The notes: generated by a model not told the origin, from the sequence alone. Shown: positions 44,103 through 59,124, counted from the first letter of the stretch. The stretch is DNA of 64,000 bases from Eledone cirrhosa (GCA_964016885.1 OZ024754.1:27900001-27964000), one strand, 5' to 3'. Translations and numbers: made by a program.

Positions 44103-44303
44103 ATATATTGGGGGGGGGGGGGGCTGTGTATTTCAGACACGTTGACCAGTTAGGAAAGAACACAGCTATCGTTCGTTTTTGTTTTAAACAATTTTCGTTC
44201 AACGGAAACATTGATTCCTTGGTCCGGTATGACGAGTACCATCCCACTCGGTAAGCGAATGAGGTTTGGGAACTTGTCGATCTATAATACATATATATAT
44301 ATA

Positions 44304-44403
<100 letters not shown>

Positions 44404-45453
44404 CATGTATATTTACAAACGCTCTCACACACACATATACACAAACACGCGCACACAAACACATACACGCACGCACACACATATATATATATATATATTT
44501 ATATATATATTTATATATATATAAATATATACATGTCAGGAGAGAGAGAGCATAATATCTTCAAAGACACCGGAAACAATGCACATGATTAATAGCACGG
44601 ATGCCAAAGTTTCTCGAGGTGATAAACTTGTCAGGTACGACACTATACAGTCATATATTAATTGCGACATACAATCACTGTATTCAAGAATTATATACAA
44701 TTCTTTCATTTAAAATATAATGATCTATAGCTGTGGTTCCGTTAACCAATCTTTTGATCGTTATTGCGCATGCTTAAACTATCGACTTCTCGTTATCCAA
44801 CGAACATTTTGCTGGAAAGGTTTGTCGTCTGAACAGCATCAATTAAGTATCTTTTTAAAGATTCCGCCTGTATTTTCAGCATTCAAATGATTTATAATAA
44901 AAGTCTTCATCATTTATTTGTGAATATTGTGAAACAATATAATATATCACAGTTTTTAGACATGTAAATAATGAGCTGCAGGGATTGATAAAACAGTATG
45001 TATGTCTTTAGATGAAAGAAAAATTGGGAGTTATGAAGTTCATAGCTTTTCAAATGATGCATTACCAATTGAATGAAATTATTTACATTCAACCAGAAAT
45101 TAAGATCAATCCTCGGTGGTTTTTGAATTTGAAGCCTAGAGAGACAGAACGAATGTGGTTGGCGTTTTAGCAACTCAGCTAATTCACCATTTGTGGTCTT
45201 ACAAAATAAAACGTTCATTTGATATGAAAGCTTTTATCATTTATTCAAAAGCTGAACTTTGCTCTAAATAGGCAATAATATAATATTTACTTTATCACCT
45301 TTACTTACCAATGCACTTTGGCGTTTGAAGATTCCTTGTTTGTACTATATATATATATATATATACACATATGCATATATGTATATATATGTATATGTAT
45401 ATACATATATATACATATACATATACATATATATATATATATATACATATATG

Positions 45454-45561
<108 letters not shown>

Positions 45562-45717
45562 TGTGGTATGCGTATATATATATATATAATATACGCATAC
45601 CACAGGCACACACACACATATGTATATATATATGTATAGATAGACAGGTATTTTATGTGGCGATTCTACTTTCTCTCTCTCTCCCTCTCCTGTGTTTGTT
45701 CGTTCGTTTTCCACTAC

Positions 45718-45759
<42 letters not shown>

Positions 45760-46284
45760 ATTTATTTATTTATCCAAAGTAGGAATCAAAACCACCTTAG
45801 AATATTAAACGAGCCTATAAAACCACGATAAACTATAATCTTTTTTCTCGAGAGAACAGAGAATAGCCACCAAAGAAGAACTTTGATGCTAGCTGGCTTC
45901 TGAAAATATCTTTTTACAACACATTATTTTAGCAAAGCCGAACCATAGACAAGTTATTTCCCTCAAGATCTATCTGCTGCTAATCATTCCATTCTAATCA
46001 CCTTCTTTAAACATCAGAAATTCGGAAAACATTTTCCTTCAACTCCTTGATGAATTGAAATATTTTCACAAACTATCACAAAATTCAGGTATCGAAAATG
46101 TTGTAAAACACTCCCACCAACATCAACAACAACACTAATAGCAACAACTACAACAACTAAAACAACTAAAACAACAGTATCAACAACAATAATGATAAAA
46201 ATAATAGTGAATAAAATTAACGAATTCAAAATATTAGTAGTTATCAGATGGAGAGAGTCTCATTTTTTCCAAGTTCATTTAATT

Positions 46285-46535
46285 TCAACACACCACCACA
46301 CCACTACACCATCACACCACCACACCACCACACCACCACACCTCCACACCACCACACCACAACACCACCACACCATCACACTATCACACCACCACACCTC
46401 CACACCACCACACTACTACACCATCACACCACCACACCACTACACCATCACACTATCACCACACCAACATACCACCACATTACCACACCACCACACTACT
46501 ACACCACCACACCACCATACCATACCACACCACAC
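46285..46535. repeat. (CACCA)n pentanucleotide repeat
   Basis: Direct reading. Confidence 0.9.
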
Positions 46536-46724
46536 ATATAGCTCCAACCTATAGCCGTTGGGATTTCAATATCACTGATTAACTAAATTTTTCTATCGTT
46601 CAACCAATCAATAACTGTTATTTCTAGACGATTCGTTCGGTTTGGAGATCATAATTTTTCAGTATAGAGTGCAAGAAAAATATAACCCGTACGAATAAAT
46701 TAAAGCGTTCCTATATTCATATGA

Positions 46725-46975
46725 AGAGGCGGCGAATTGGCGTTAGAACGTCGGATAGAATGCTTTAGTGAATTCGTTCCGTCTCCCTGCTCTCGGAGTT
46801 CAAAACCCACCGAGGACAACTTTGCCTTTCATCCTTTCGAAGTCGATAAAAAAAACAGTACCAATCTAGTACTGGGGAGGATTCTTCCTCTATATCCCTT
46901 TCTCATTTCCTCTCTCCTATTTTCTATCCTTCTCTGGAAGAAATCTGCTGTACTCAGGCCTGGAGAGGGATGGGC
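46725..46975 (+). mobile_element. tRNA-derived SINE (second family); related copy at ~41335-41500
   Basis: ggcggcgaattggc...gagttcaaaa...ccgaggacaactttgcctttcatcctttcg...gataaa...agtacc. Confidence 0.6.
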
Positions 46976-47101
46976 TCCGCCAGGCTTCAAGATGCCCAAG
47001 AAACACCGTATGTCAATACGGCGTCCCTTCCACTCTATCAGGAGTTAGGGGACTATGAGGAGATATTAATATGATTCCTAAGACTAAAGACTGTTGTTGT
47101 T

Positions 47102-47188
47102 GTTGGTGGTGGTGGTGGTGGTGGTGGTGGTGGTGGTGGTGGTGGTGGTGGTGGTGGTGGTGGTGGTGGTGGTGGTGGTGGTGGTGGT
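47102..47188. repeat. (GGT)n microsatellite
   Basis: Direct reading. Confidence 0.95.
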
Positions 47189-48574
47189 GTGTGAGTGGTG
47201 TTGATAACAATGTTGGTGGTAGTTGTGATGTTTAGCCACCAAATGTGCCCTAATAGATTATACATAATGTCCACATTTCCAGCTTTGGTTTGATTACTGT
47301 TTCAGTTAACGAAAAGCCTTTCATTTGTCATTTCACTATGCAATAAGTTTCAATTTCACGATCTTGAGATTTTGAGCTCGATTCTCGGACCGGGTAGCGC
47401 GTTCTGTCCTTTTGCATGACCCGTCATTTCACGTTGTTCCTCCAGTTCCCTCAGCCGAAAATTAGCACATGCCTTTGGAATGGTCAGTCACTTACATTTT
47501 GGGCAAGTGCCATTTCCTACAACCTCGACTCGACGGGTAACCTGTAACTGTGTAGAAGCCAGTCACATGGACTGTACCTGTTTTTCAATGGTTTGCCATA
47601 TCACCCACTTTGTTATTTCGTCGAATCTTCCTGAGAATTACATAAGTGTATACATATCTGTGGACAGCTCAGTCTTTTAGACGTTGATTCCACGAGCAGC
47701 CTGTTCCGTTGATCGAATCAATTGAATCACTTGTCCTCGTCGTCAACAACGGAGGTCCAACAGCAACAACTATGCTATAATAGCATGTTGCACTTAATTG
47801 TTTGACAACGCAAAACAACACCAGTTCTCCCACTCTACCCGGATTCTAGTGTTTCAAAATAAGTGCCTGCCGAGAACTGTGAGCGATATAACCGATTGCT
47901 TCCTCCTCCTCCTCTTCCTCCTCTTCCTTCTCCCTCTCTTCCTCTTCCTTCTCCCTCTCTTCCTCTTCCTTCCAAATGTGTGTCGTTATGTTTATGGTTG
48001 TTTTATAAATCTATATGAAATCAGTAAATCCAATAATAATAATATGAAAGTAAAAATAAATAAAAGTATAATGGGAATCATTTTTTCGTTTTTTTGTTTA
48101 GTTATTTTGTTACCTTATCTATATATGCCGTTTTATTATCGGAAATATAACTTTTATTTTGTCTCTGATACTCTAATACTTGCGTGATTTTAATACATAA
48201 TAGTCAGGGAATATAATAGAGAAGAGACGGTTGGTTTGCATTGATATTTGTTTGTGAAGATGGTTGACGTATAATCTTTTCTCTTAAGTAGGCTATTTAG
48301 AAAACAATATCTGCGACTATCGTCTGGCTTTTTTTGGTAGCTTTGGGAGAGAATGAATGAATTATAATTCATTGAAAACATTACATTCTGTTTAATATGT
48401 TTAAGACTTGATATATGTGTGCGTGTTTGTGTGTCTTAATGAAATAATAAACTATAGTATTGTGAGTCTGTGGATGATATGTATGTATGCATGTATGTAT
48501 ATATGTATGAGTGTGTGTGTGTATGTGTTTTTATATTATACATGCGTAGAAAATACATATACGTCAATATATAT

Positions 48575-48605
<31 letters not shown>

Positions 48606-48619
48606 ATGTGTGTGCTGTG

Positions 48620-48679
<60 letters not shown>

Positions 48680-48999
48680 ATATATAGAAAAGACAATAAG
48701 AACAAAACAACAAAAGACACAATACAATAATAGTATACTAGTTTAACGCCTAAAAGAGCTGGAAAAGAGTTTTAACCTTTCGGACGCTATCTTTCGTTAG
48801 TCGATAGTAACAGGGAGAAAAGGTGAGGTGTGAGAGAGAAAATAAATAAGAACAGACGAGGGTAAGAAATAAAAACATGGAAAAATAGGAGGAAGTATAT
48901 GTTGCTATTAGTCATCCATTTATATATATATGTATGAATAAATATATATAGACACATATATTTATTTCATTAATATATTTTGGTATCATTTTTGAAAGA

Positions 49000-49660
49000 G
49001 AATGTTAGTCCGTGGGTGATGCGTTCCAGTCTATTGGTTTTAGAAGACGTCTTTTGTTTGCTTGACTTGGCGCTATAAAGCAACTAGTGGTGGATGTTGG
49101 ATAGCCGTTGGACACAAGCAACTTCAAAACATATGGAGTATGGATGATCCGGTCCTTCGCCATGCTGCATTTATTTCTGATGCGTGTGAGTTCACTCTGT
49201 ACACGTATCCGATGTTAGTGCTAAGGGGGAAGGGTTGATTTACTGTGTACAAACAGGTTTCTGCAGGCGGCTCTTTCTGTAGAAGTTGGTGCGAGTCTAT
49301 TCTGTATACGTATCCGGTTTTAGTGCTAAGGGGAAAAAGTTGATTTGCAGTGTACAAACAGGTTTCTGCATGTAGCTTTTTCTGTAGAGGTTGTACACGT
49401 ATCCGGTTTTAGTGCTGAGGGGGAAAGGTTGATTCGCTTTGTATAAATAGGTTTCTGGAGGTAGATTTTTCTGCAAAAGTTGGTGTGTATGTTACCTCTT
49501 TCTCTTTCTGTTATCCTTAATTGGAAATCGTTCAGGCACAGAGATATAGTGTCATCGAGGTGTTCCACGCTAAACCGTATATGATCATCCATTTTCGAAG
49601 ACTATGTGAATATTTTGTTGGTTTCTTCACGAGAAGATGTGATGTAGAGCAATTCACGAG
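49000..49660 (-). pseudogene. Decayed PLE reverse transcriptase C-terminal/thumb fragment with a triplicated ~85-107-bp segment
   Basis: Piecewise translation: IRFSVEH...L-x-L-x-DF...FYRK...LFVH-x-KSTLP...ELTRIRNKCS...LVSNGYP. Confidence 0.55.
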
Positions 49661-50573
49661 CAGCATAAGTACAGAAACGAGAAGGTTTTAGTCAACCAAA
49701 TGTTAATCCATTTTTATTTACTACTCAAGCATTTCCATCGAATCGGACATACATATTTATTTCTAACCAGTTTGTTCGGTAAACAAACACAAACTATAGT
49801 GTCATGTGGTGATATATTCAAATCAGGGTTCATATAAATTCATAATGCATTCATTGGTATATTATATAAATATTTTAGTAAAACCGTTCGTCTCATACAA
49901 ATATGAATATATATATATATGTGTGTGTGTGGTGTGTGAATTTACACACACGCAAACATACACACGCACGCACACACTCTCTCATACACACACACACACG
50001 CTCACACACATATATATATATGAATACATACCTTTAAGATTATGTATATATGTATATGTGAGAGTGTATGTATGTATTAGCGTATGTATGTATGAGTGTA
50101 TGTATGTGTGTGTATGTATGCATGCATGAATGTATGTCTGTATGTATACGTATATGTGTGAATATCTAGAATGTCTCAAGATGTGCATGTTTTATGAATA
50201 GCAATTGTAGTCACATCATTATCCTCCATTGAAAAAAACATTCTTATATACGATGGTTGCATGTATGGTATTGGATATGTCTCGGTGAGAGATTTATGAA
50301 CAACGACAGCCGAAAAAAAAATAGAGAAAGCAGAGCAAGAAAGAGAGACGAAGAAATGAGAAAAGGTAGGAAGAGAATAAAAGTGAAAAAAAGACAAATC
50401 ATGGCTGAATACACAAATGTACAAGAAACGTAATGAGATGTCCGTTAGAAAACTGGAGCAAATGTCTCCTTCAACTGCAGAGGGTCTTATGGTATATCTA
50501 TCTATCTCCAAATATATATATGTGTGTGTGTGTGGTATGTATTTCCGTAGAAAATGTAAAGGAAAGAAGAGTG

Positions 50574-50710
<137 letters not shown>

Positions 50711-51008
50711 ATAACAATATTACTATTTCACTTCAACTGGTCTCGCTCTCTTTAACATCATGCCAAAATACATAAAAACAGAATTCGATCCTACAAAATT
50801 CAAAATGTCCTTGGACAAATTCGTCCAAGAAATTCCGGATAAACTCCCTACACTCAGATATGTCTCCTAAAACAATAAATCTCTACTTGAGTGGATCACG
50901 GTGTCCAAAATATGACTGAGGTATGAATCAGGATTTGAAAGACTTCACAGGATGGTACTAATAATTTCGATATGACCTGGTCCACTGCTAACCAAAACCT
51001 ATCAAAGT
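50711..51008 (+). mobile_element. 3' fragment of a CR1-group LINE related to 56282-58669
   Basis: YFTSTG-x-ALFNI-x-P...KFK-x-SLDKF...PDK matches the end of the 56380-58302 ORF; ends in tcaaagt. Confidence 0.7.
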
Positions 51009-51035
51009 GATATATATACATATATATATATATGT

Positions 51036-51683
51036 ATCATGGGAGAACGATTAAATGAACACTGGCGAGAACTCCAAGATAGAAAAGACTCATCAGTATT
51101 CCACCAACATGCTAAAATAGAACATAAGGGCAACATAGAAATAAAAATAGAATCTACACACAGAAAAGACGCAATGTTTAGACAAATCACAGAGGCAATA
51201 AACATAAATGAACTCCAACCAAAATTAAATAGAAAACATGAATGGAATAGCAACATCACAACTAACAATTAAGGACAAAATGAAAAGACACACACATAGA
51301 ACAAACAACTAACTAGTAACATATAAATAAACAAATAAAAACACACACAGACACCCGGATGTAACACATGCGCTAACTATGCACACAACACACACAAAAA
51401 CAAGATGGCATAGGACAGAACAAAGAAGAGGCACAAAACAAAGAAAAGAATCCCCAGTCACTGAAGAGGTCACAGAATGTGTGACGAAAGAACTTTGACA
51501 ATATATGAACAACCGTCCGGTTCAGGAACCAACCAACTAACCAACCGGAAATTTATAATAAATTGAAGTGAAAGCAACTGGTGCGTGTGTTTCTTATTGG
51601 CAACATGACCCTTTACAAAGTATAACAATATCGGTTTCATCACACGTTTTCGGACAAAGAATCTTGCTAAACAAATTCAGAAA

Positions 51684-51686
<3 letters not shown>
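51036..51686 (+). mobile_element. PLE 3' fragment: GIY-YIG C-terminus (51039-51272) + 3' UTR with HHR, TA-flanked; related 3' pieces at 52958-53250 (-) and 56055-56237
   Basis: RLNEH...S-x-F-x-x-H...H...R-x-I-x-EA-x-x-I...P-x-LN; HHR at 51457. Confidence 0.72.
51457..51499 (+). ncRNA. Type I hammerhead ribozyme (family I, related to F); decayed copy at 53124-53166 (-)
   Basis: gtca CTGAAGA g gtcac-agaatgt-gtgac GAA A-gaac-T T tgac. Confidence 0.7.
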
Positions 51687-51748
<62 letters not shown>

Positions 51749-51750
<2 letters not shown>

Positions 51751-52524
51751 AAATTAAGATAAATCAAATGAATTTAATCTAAATCAAAATTATGGGTGTC
51801 ATGCCAGAAAAACATGCGCCATATCACCCGCAAAATAAGCTCTAAGATTCTAACGAGTAGGTCCGAGCATTTTATAATAACTAGAAATTGATTAACATAT
51901 AAATAAACCTGAATAATTACAGGAGATAATTTTCTAGTTATTATAAAATTTTCTAGTTATTATAAAATGCTCGGACCTACTCGTTAGAATCTTAGAGCTT
52001 ATTTTCCGGGTGATATGGTGCATGTCTTTCTGGCATGACACCCATAATTTTGATTTAGATTAAATTCATTTGATTTATCTTAATTTTGGATATAGATATA
52101 TAAATACGGCTCCTTAATTGTAGAGCTAACTCTGTTGAAAGGACTCGACTGCTGTTTCTAGTTGTCGATAACCCTATTCACGCCACTGGGACGAAGCTAG
52201 TATGATGTGTGTATTTCTAGTAGATATAACACGTGGTGCTGGCCAGTCGCTGATTTGAACTTGAAGTGTAAACACGGATCACTGGAACTTCTTCCTTGTT
52301 GAAAATCCAAGTCTCCACTTCCGTGGTTTACCATCCGATTAATTGGTGAAATATATTTCTTTAATGGAATATATACAGGGAAGATTAATCATATTATAAG
52401 GTATCTATTTTTGAAGTTCTGGTCAACTTTATTTAGTTACCTACCTAGCTATGTGTGGTTACACACTTGTAAAAATTATCTCCTATGATTATTCATGTTT
52501 ATTTATATGTTAATCAATTTCTAG

Positions 52525-52527
<3 letters not shown>
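51749..52527. mobile_element. TA-flanked fold-back/partial-tandem element, no recognisable HHR
   Basis: 51749-51888 inverted at ~51951-52089; 51878-51934 inverted again at 52474-52527. Confidence 0.65.
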
Positions 52528-52606
<79 letters not shown>

Positions 52607-52610
<4 letters not shown>

Positions 52611-52772
52611 AACGAGTAGGACCCCGACGGCTGAGCTCAAGCCGTTTCGACGGCTAATTCTGGACTATTTTTCGGGGTCCTACTCGTTCCTATTACCCAC
52701 TCTACTACCCTAAGTATTGAGTACTTTGGTGCGTTATGGTCCATCTGGTTCCTTTCCACATTTCCTTCGTTA
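52607..52772 (-). mobile_element. Family HP copy, inner hairpin arm partly deleted
   Basis: ggaacgagtaggaccccgacggctgagctc...ggggtcctactcgttcc...ttccttcgtta. Confidence 0.78.
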
Positions 52773-52862
52773 TATATATATATATATATATATAAACAGG
52801 GAGAAAGAGACAATTATTAGGAAGAAGAATATATTTTTTTCCTGTTTTGCATCTCTCTCTCT

Positions 52863-52948
<86 letters not shown>

Positions 52949-53374
52949 ATTATATACTTCGTTTTTGAATTTGTTTTGCAAGATTTCTTATCTGAAAACG
53001 TGTTTTGAAACAGATGTTGTTATACTTTGGGAGGGTGATGCTGCCAATAAAAACACGCGCACCTTTTACTATAAATTTCCGATTGGATGGTTGGTTCGAT
53101 AACCGGAAGATTATTTATATATTGTCAAAGCTCTTTCGTCACACATTCTGCAACCTCCTCAATGACTTGGTTTTTATTTTGTGTCTCTCCTTTGTTCTGT
53201 CCTACACCATCTTGCTTTAGTGTTTAGTGCCCTACCCTATCTTGTGCATAGTGTTTACAGTAATAAAAAATTAAGGAAATTCAACATATTTGGCCTCCTG
53301 TCATTTCACTTTATAATATATATATATACAGAGAGAGAAAGAGAGAGAGAGAGGGAGAGAGAGAGAAGGAGAGA

Positions 53375-53424
<50 letters not shown>

Positions 53425-53440
53425 GAGAGAGAGAGAGATG

Positions 53441-53517
<77 letters not shown>

Positions 53518-53638
53518 CTACAGAGTGTTTTTTTTTTTTGTTTTTTTTTTTTTTGTCAGATTCAGAGGATCACGAAAGGAGAAATTCTTTGCTTACATTT
53601 TCAAATAATTGTTTCTACTTTTGGCACAAGCCAAATAA

Positions 53639-53713
<75 letters not shown>

Positions 53714-53721
53714 TGTGTGTG

Positions 53722-53752
<31 letters not shown>

Positions 53753-54232
53753 ATGTATGTGTGTCTGTGTACGTGTGTATCATATTTATCAATAGAGATC
53801 ACGATCTTACAATGAAAAGCAATCAACGTGTAATTAAGCGTATTGCTCAATGACACAACATCCTTCCAGGTACGGTAACGAAACCCAGAAGCTTATACTT
53901 ATGAATCCAAAACTCCACCTGACCACAAAACTAAACCAGATGCCATCCCAATAAAAGACAAATTAATAGATATATATATAAATATATAGCAATAACAACA
54001 AAGAATGAAGACCTCCTTCAGTTGTTTCAAGTATCCCACATCACTAAGTTGATAAATATATGTGCCATTTTTCTGTTTTTAATCAATTCGTAATATTTCG
54101 ATTCTACGTAAGTTTCTGTTTTATTGAACACTCCATTCCATCTGAAGGTCTGAAGGTCCTCAGCATTGACATTTCTTCGGCTTCGCTTTAAATAACTTGT
54201 AGATTCCTTCTTGAAAAATGTGTCATACAGTA

Positions 54233-54290
<58 letters not shown>

Positions 54291-54361
54291 CATATATACT
54301 GTATATATAAAATATATATACTGCATATATAAATATATACATATATGCATATATATATAAA

Positions 54362-54472
<111 letters not shown>

Positions 54473-54555
54473 GTATGTGCGTATGTATATATATATATAT
54501 GAATATATATATGTGTATATATGTATATATATGTATATATGTATGTATATATATA

Positions 54556-54590
<35 letters not shown>

Positions 54591-54608
54591 TTACATATAT
54601 ATATACAC

Positions 54609-54654
<46 letters not shown>

Positions 54655-54676
54655 ATATATATACATATATATATAC

Positions 54677-54742
<66 letters not shown>

Positions 54743-54956
54743 ATATATATATATATACATGTATATATATATATGTATGTATATGTGTGTGTATGCTTCC
54801 ATACAACATATTCCTTTTTATCGTTTTCATTGATTAAATAAGATGGATTATTCAAATTTCAATCATTTAATCCGATTAAAACTGTGTGACATAAATAGTA
54901 TGAATAAAGCAGTTTATGCAAACAATACCAGTGAAATTACTAAATTGATTAAATAT

Positions 54957-54987
<31 letters not shown>

Positions 54988-54990
<3 letters not shown>

Positions 54991-55818
54991 TTATATGAAT
55001 CAAAGTTCTGTTCAAATCATTTATATGCTTACAATTGTTTCCTCCAAACCGAGGTTTGGATTCTTCGGAGCAATTTATTAATGAATGATCACATATATGA
55101 CCTCCTTTTCGATGTTAATTCTCGCAACTAAAACAACCTGCTATATTGGACTAAAGACCAACAAACTATGATACTCTAACAGAATCATCAAACGTCCAAT
55201 ATTGAATCGTCGTAGATTATGTGAGGGGCATTTAATCTAGATATTACGCTCTCCGGACTGTGATAATGGTGTTGTACACGAAAACCATATCATCGCTTTG
55301 CTACACATTTCTAATATTTTTAATATTTGTAATATTTCTCTACACACAAGCTTCTATAACATTCATATAAAAGATACATTACCAGTACAATCCCCTTAAT
55401 ACTCTTGATTACCCGCTTGAAGTGCTTGTATTACATGTAACACCCTGCCGCACTATAATATTATATAAATAAGACACACGTGCTTGCCACACGTGTAACT
55501 ATTGCACACACTAACTGCTTCTGACTATCCTATCGCATCAATTTCATGTTGTATTTTAACTTTAATTTTAATTTTATCCTCTTTTGATATGACTGTAATC
55601 TTTAAATGTATACTGCCACGCTAAATGTTATAATGGATGTCGACCCACCAAGAAACAATATATGTATATGTTTCTGTATGTCTCTTGGGTTGAAAAGGAG
55701 GTCATATATGTGATCGTTCATTAATAAACTGCTCCGAAGAATCCAAACCTCGGTTTGGAGGAAACAATTGTAAGCATATAAATGATTTGAACAGAACTTT
55801 GATTCATATAACTTATAT
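54988..55818. mobile_element. Fold-back element with ~123-bp inverted arms (54988-55110, 55692-55815), each with an HHR-like motif
   Basis: Arms are reverse complements; TA flanks. Confidence 0.75.
55730..55776 (+). ncRNA. Hammerhead-like motif with core variant CCGAAGA (family J); inverted copy at 55026-55072
   Basis: tgct CCGAAGA a-tccaaacc-tc-ggtttgga-g GAA A-caattg-T A agca. Confidence 0.62.
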
Positions 55819-55981
55819 ATAACTGCTCTGTAAAACAACTGATGTTATTACATTGAGCTATTTATCTTACTGGTAATAAGGTAGTAATATATTACTGCCT
55901 ATCACTATTTAGGGTTTGAAAAAATATATATAACTACAAAAGGTTTTTGTATATGCATAACCATAAATAGTATCCTTAATA

Positions 55982-56056
<75 letters not shown>

Positions 56057-56235
56057 CGTTTCTGAATTTGTTTAGCAAGATTCTTTATCTGAAATCGTGT
56101 GTTGAAACCGATATTATTATACTTTGGGAGGGTCATGTTGCCAATAATTTATTATAAATTTATTATAATAAATTGAAGTGAAAGCAACTGGTGCGTGTGT
56201 TTCTTATTGGCAACATGACCCTCCCAAAGTATAAC

Positions 56236-56281
<46 letters not shown>

Positions 56282-56285
<4 letters not shown>

Positions 56286-58669
56286 CTTTGAATAACTTTG
56301 AATAACTTTGAAATGTTTTGGCCAGTATTGGCCCAGGCCATGTCTAACTTAATAGCACCACCTGGCGAAGTCTTTCAATTCAGGATTTGGGCACCATGGC
56401 CCATTCGAGAAGAGAATTACTGTTTGCGGAGACATATCCGGGTGTGGGTGGTTTGTCCGGGATTACTTGGAGGAATTTGTCCAAAGACTTCTTGAATTTT
56501 GTGTGGTCAGTTTCTGTTTTGACGTGTCCTGGTGTGATGTTGAAGAGAGCAGGGCCGATTGAGGTGAAATAATTGTGCCGTATTGTTGTTATGAGTTGCG
56601 ATTTAGATTTTTGAATGGGACGGATAGCACGGGGCCCAAGCCTTGGGTGTATCTTGAAGGCGATGCCAACATCATTTGGGCAGTGATGATGGAACATTTT
56701 CCACATCATGCAGATAATATAACGCTCACGGCGACGTTGGAGTGAGTAAAGTTTCAGGTTTTCCAATCGACCCCAGTAGTCAAGGTCTGACATGCCATCT
56801 ATCTTTTTCGTGATTGCCCTTTGAGGAGCTTCAAGTTTCATGATACTTTGTTTCGTGTGGGGAGACCACAGTGGACAACAGTATTCAAGGTGTGGTCGGG
56901 CGAAAGTAGAGAAGAGAAGGATAATGGTGCGGGAATCTCTCGACTGGAAGGTTCTGAGGATCCAGGAACACATTCTGCGGGCCATGTCAACTTTGCTGCT
57001 TATATGCGTGGTCCAGCTTATGTTGCTGTCCACGGTTACTCCCAAGTCTCTGATGTTGTTAGATGCCACGAGAGTTTCCCCGGAGGGAAGGGAGTACGGG
57101 AGTTTCAGAGCATCCTCTTTTCCAAAGTGGATCAGTTCGAATTTGTCTTCGTTCAGTAACATGTTGTTCTTTTCTGCCCATTGGGTAACAGCCAGTAGGT
57201 CTGACTGAAGGCTTATCCGGTCATCCACGCCATTGATGACCTTTTGGAGCTTGGAATCATCAGCGAAAATTTTAATGTTGCTGTGTTTGATGATGTCAGT
57301 GATGTCATTAATATAGATGATGAAGAGAAGTGGGCCCAACACAGTGCCTTGTGGGACTCCACTACTGACTTTGGCTGGGCTTGATTTGACTCCCTCAACT
57401 ACAACATGTTGGGTTCTGTTTGACAGGAAGCTCTTGATCCACTGCAGCAGCTTTCCAGTGACACCAATATTGGACAGCTTTCTCAGTAGAATGTTATGAT
57501 CAACCCTGTCAAAGGCCTTGCTGAAATCAAGGTAGATAACATCAGTGTTGGAACCCTCTCCCAAGGCTCTCAAAATGTCATCAAAGTGATGCAGTAGTTG
57601 CGTCAGGCAATCCCTTCCATTACGGAATCCATGCTGGTTGGAGTTCAGCATATTGTTACTCTCAAGGAAGTGGGTCATTCGCGATCTCACCACTCGCTCA
57701 AATACCTTAATGATATGAGAGGTGAGTGAGATTGGACGGTAATTCACGGCAAGGGATTTGTTTCCCTTTTTGAAAACTGGGACAACAGACTGGGATAGAA
57801 GGTTTTCTGGCACATATCCAGCATCCAGTGAGTTCCGCCACAGATTGGCAAGAGGAGAAGCAAGTTGGTGTTGACACGCCTTCAAGACACAAGCAGGGAA
57901 CCTATCGGGACCTACTGCTGAATTATGCTTGATTTCCTTTATTGCCGCCAAGACATCAGGGGCGCCAAACGTTATGTCCGATAAGGTGTAATGGGGAGTA
58001 ACATCGCCGATACAGCCCAGATCGGCCATATCAGGATTGCTGAAAACAGAGCAGTATTGTTTCTGCAGTATCTCACTCATGGTTTTAGCATTGTCTTGAA
58101 GAGTGCCATTTTCATCAATTAGAGGGCCAACAGTAGAGCCAGTGATTTTGTGTTTTTTTGCAAATGAAAAGAACACTTTGGGATTGAGTTTGATCTTCTC
58201 AATGGCCCAGGCCTCTTCAGCTCTTCTCTGATTGTTGATGAGGGACATTATGTTGTTTTGGAGGTTATGTTTTTTAATCTCTAGTGATGAAATGGCAGTC
58301 AAGTTGATGTGTTGCTGCTGACAGTATTTCAGATTGTTGATTTTTTTTGTTCGTTCTCTTAATTTTTCTGATGAGCGTTTTTCTATTTCTAGGGATTCTG
58401 CTCTTAGATTTGTTTATAGTTCTTAATGGGGTGTGTTTAGCACATATGTTTGTAACAGTGTCCATGTCCACAAATGTCTGCCAGGACTTTTTGATGTTAG
58501 TGGGTGTATGAGTGTGCGTGAAGGACCAGTCGACATGTGCAAGATCATGACTGATCGCTTCCCAGTTTGCATTGTGGAAATCCATAGCGTCAAACGGATG
58601 GACAGGAGAAATGACATTGGGTTTGTATATTGGACGGTGGAATCTCAGATCACAGAGAACCATGTCATG
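56282..58669 (-). mobile_element. 5'-truncated CR1-group LINE with a (TCAAAGTTAT)3 tail
   Basis: Starts near the APE-terminal HDMV motif, RT ORF below, 10-bp tandem tail at 56282-56311, (TA)n on both sides. Confidence 0.88.
56380..58302 (-). CDS. CR1-type ORF2 reverse transcriptase (640 aa open; frameshifted from the upstream part)
   Basis: [62 protein letters not shown]. Confidence 0.9.
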   Translation of the reverse strand: MTAISSLEIKKHNLQNNIMSLINNQRRAEEAWAIEKIKLNPKVFFSFAKKHKITGSTVGPLIDENGTLQDNAKTMSEILQKQYCSVFSNPDMADLGCIGDVTPHYTLSDITFGAPDVLAAIKEIKHNSAVGPDRFPACVLKACQHQLASPLANLWRNSLDAGYVPENLLSQSVVPVFKKGNKSLAVNYRPISLTSHIIKVFERVVRSRMTHFLESNNMLNSNQHGFRNGRDCLTQLLHHFDDILRALGEGSNTDVIYLDFSKAFDRVDHNILLRKLSNIGVTGKLLQWIKSFLSNRTQHVVVEGVKSSPAKVSSGVPQGTVLGPLLFIIYINDITDIIKHSNIKIFADDSKLQKVINGVDDRISLQSDLLAVTQWAEKNNMLLNEDKFELIHFGKEDALKLPYSLPSGETLVASNNIRDLGVTVDSNISWTTHISSKVDMARRMCSWILRTFQSRDSRTIILLFSTFARPHLEYCCPLWSPHTKQSIMKLEAPQRAITKKIDGMSDLDYWGRLENLKLYSLQRRRERYIICMMWKMFHHHCPNDVGIAFKIHPRLGPRAIRPIQKSKSQLITTIRHNYFTSIGPALFNITPGHVKTETDHTKFKKSLDKFLQVIPDKPPTPGYVSANSNSLLEWAMVPKS

Positions 58670-58757
58670 ATATATATATATATAACCATACATATACATA
58701 TATATGTATATATATATATGTGTGTGTGTATGTATATATATGTATATATATATATAT

Positions 58758-58825
<68 letters not shown>

Positions 58826-58896
58826 AGCATATGCATATATATATATATGTATGTATATATGCATATGTATATATATATATATATGTATGTATGTAC

Positions 58897-58929
<33 letters not shown>

Positions 58930-58961
58930 CATATGTATTATATACACACGCACACGCACTT

Positions 58962-59051
<90 letters not shown>

Positions 59052-59124
59052 GCATTTTTATACATAGATATTTTAAACTACGAGAGGAACATGCAAAATA
59101 AAATGAAAAACTGATCATTATTTC

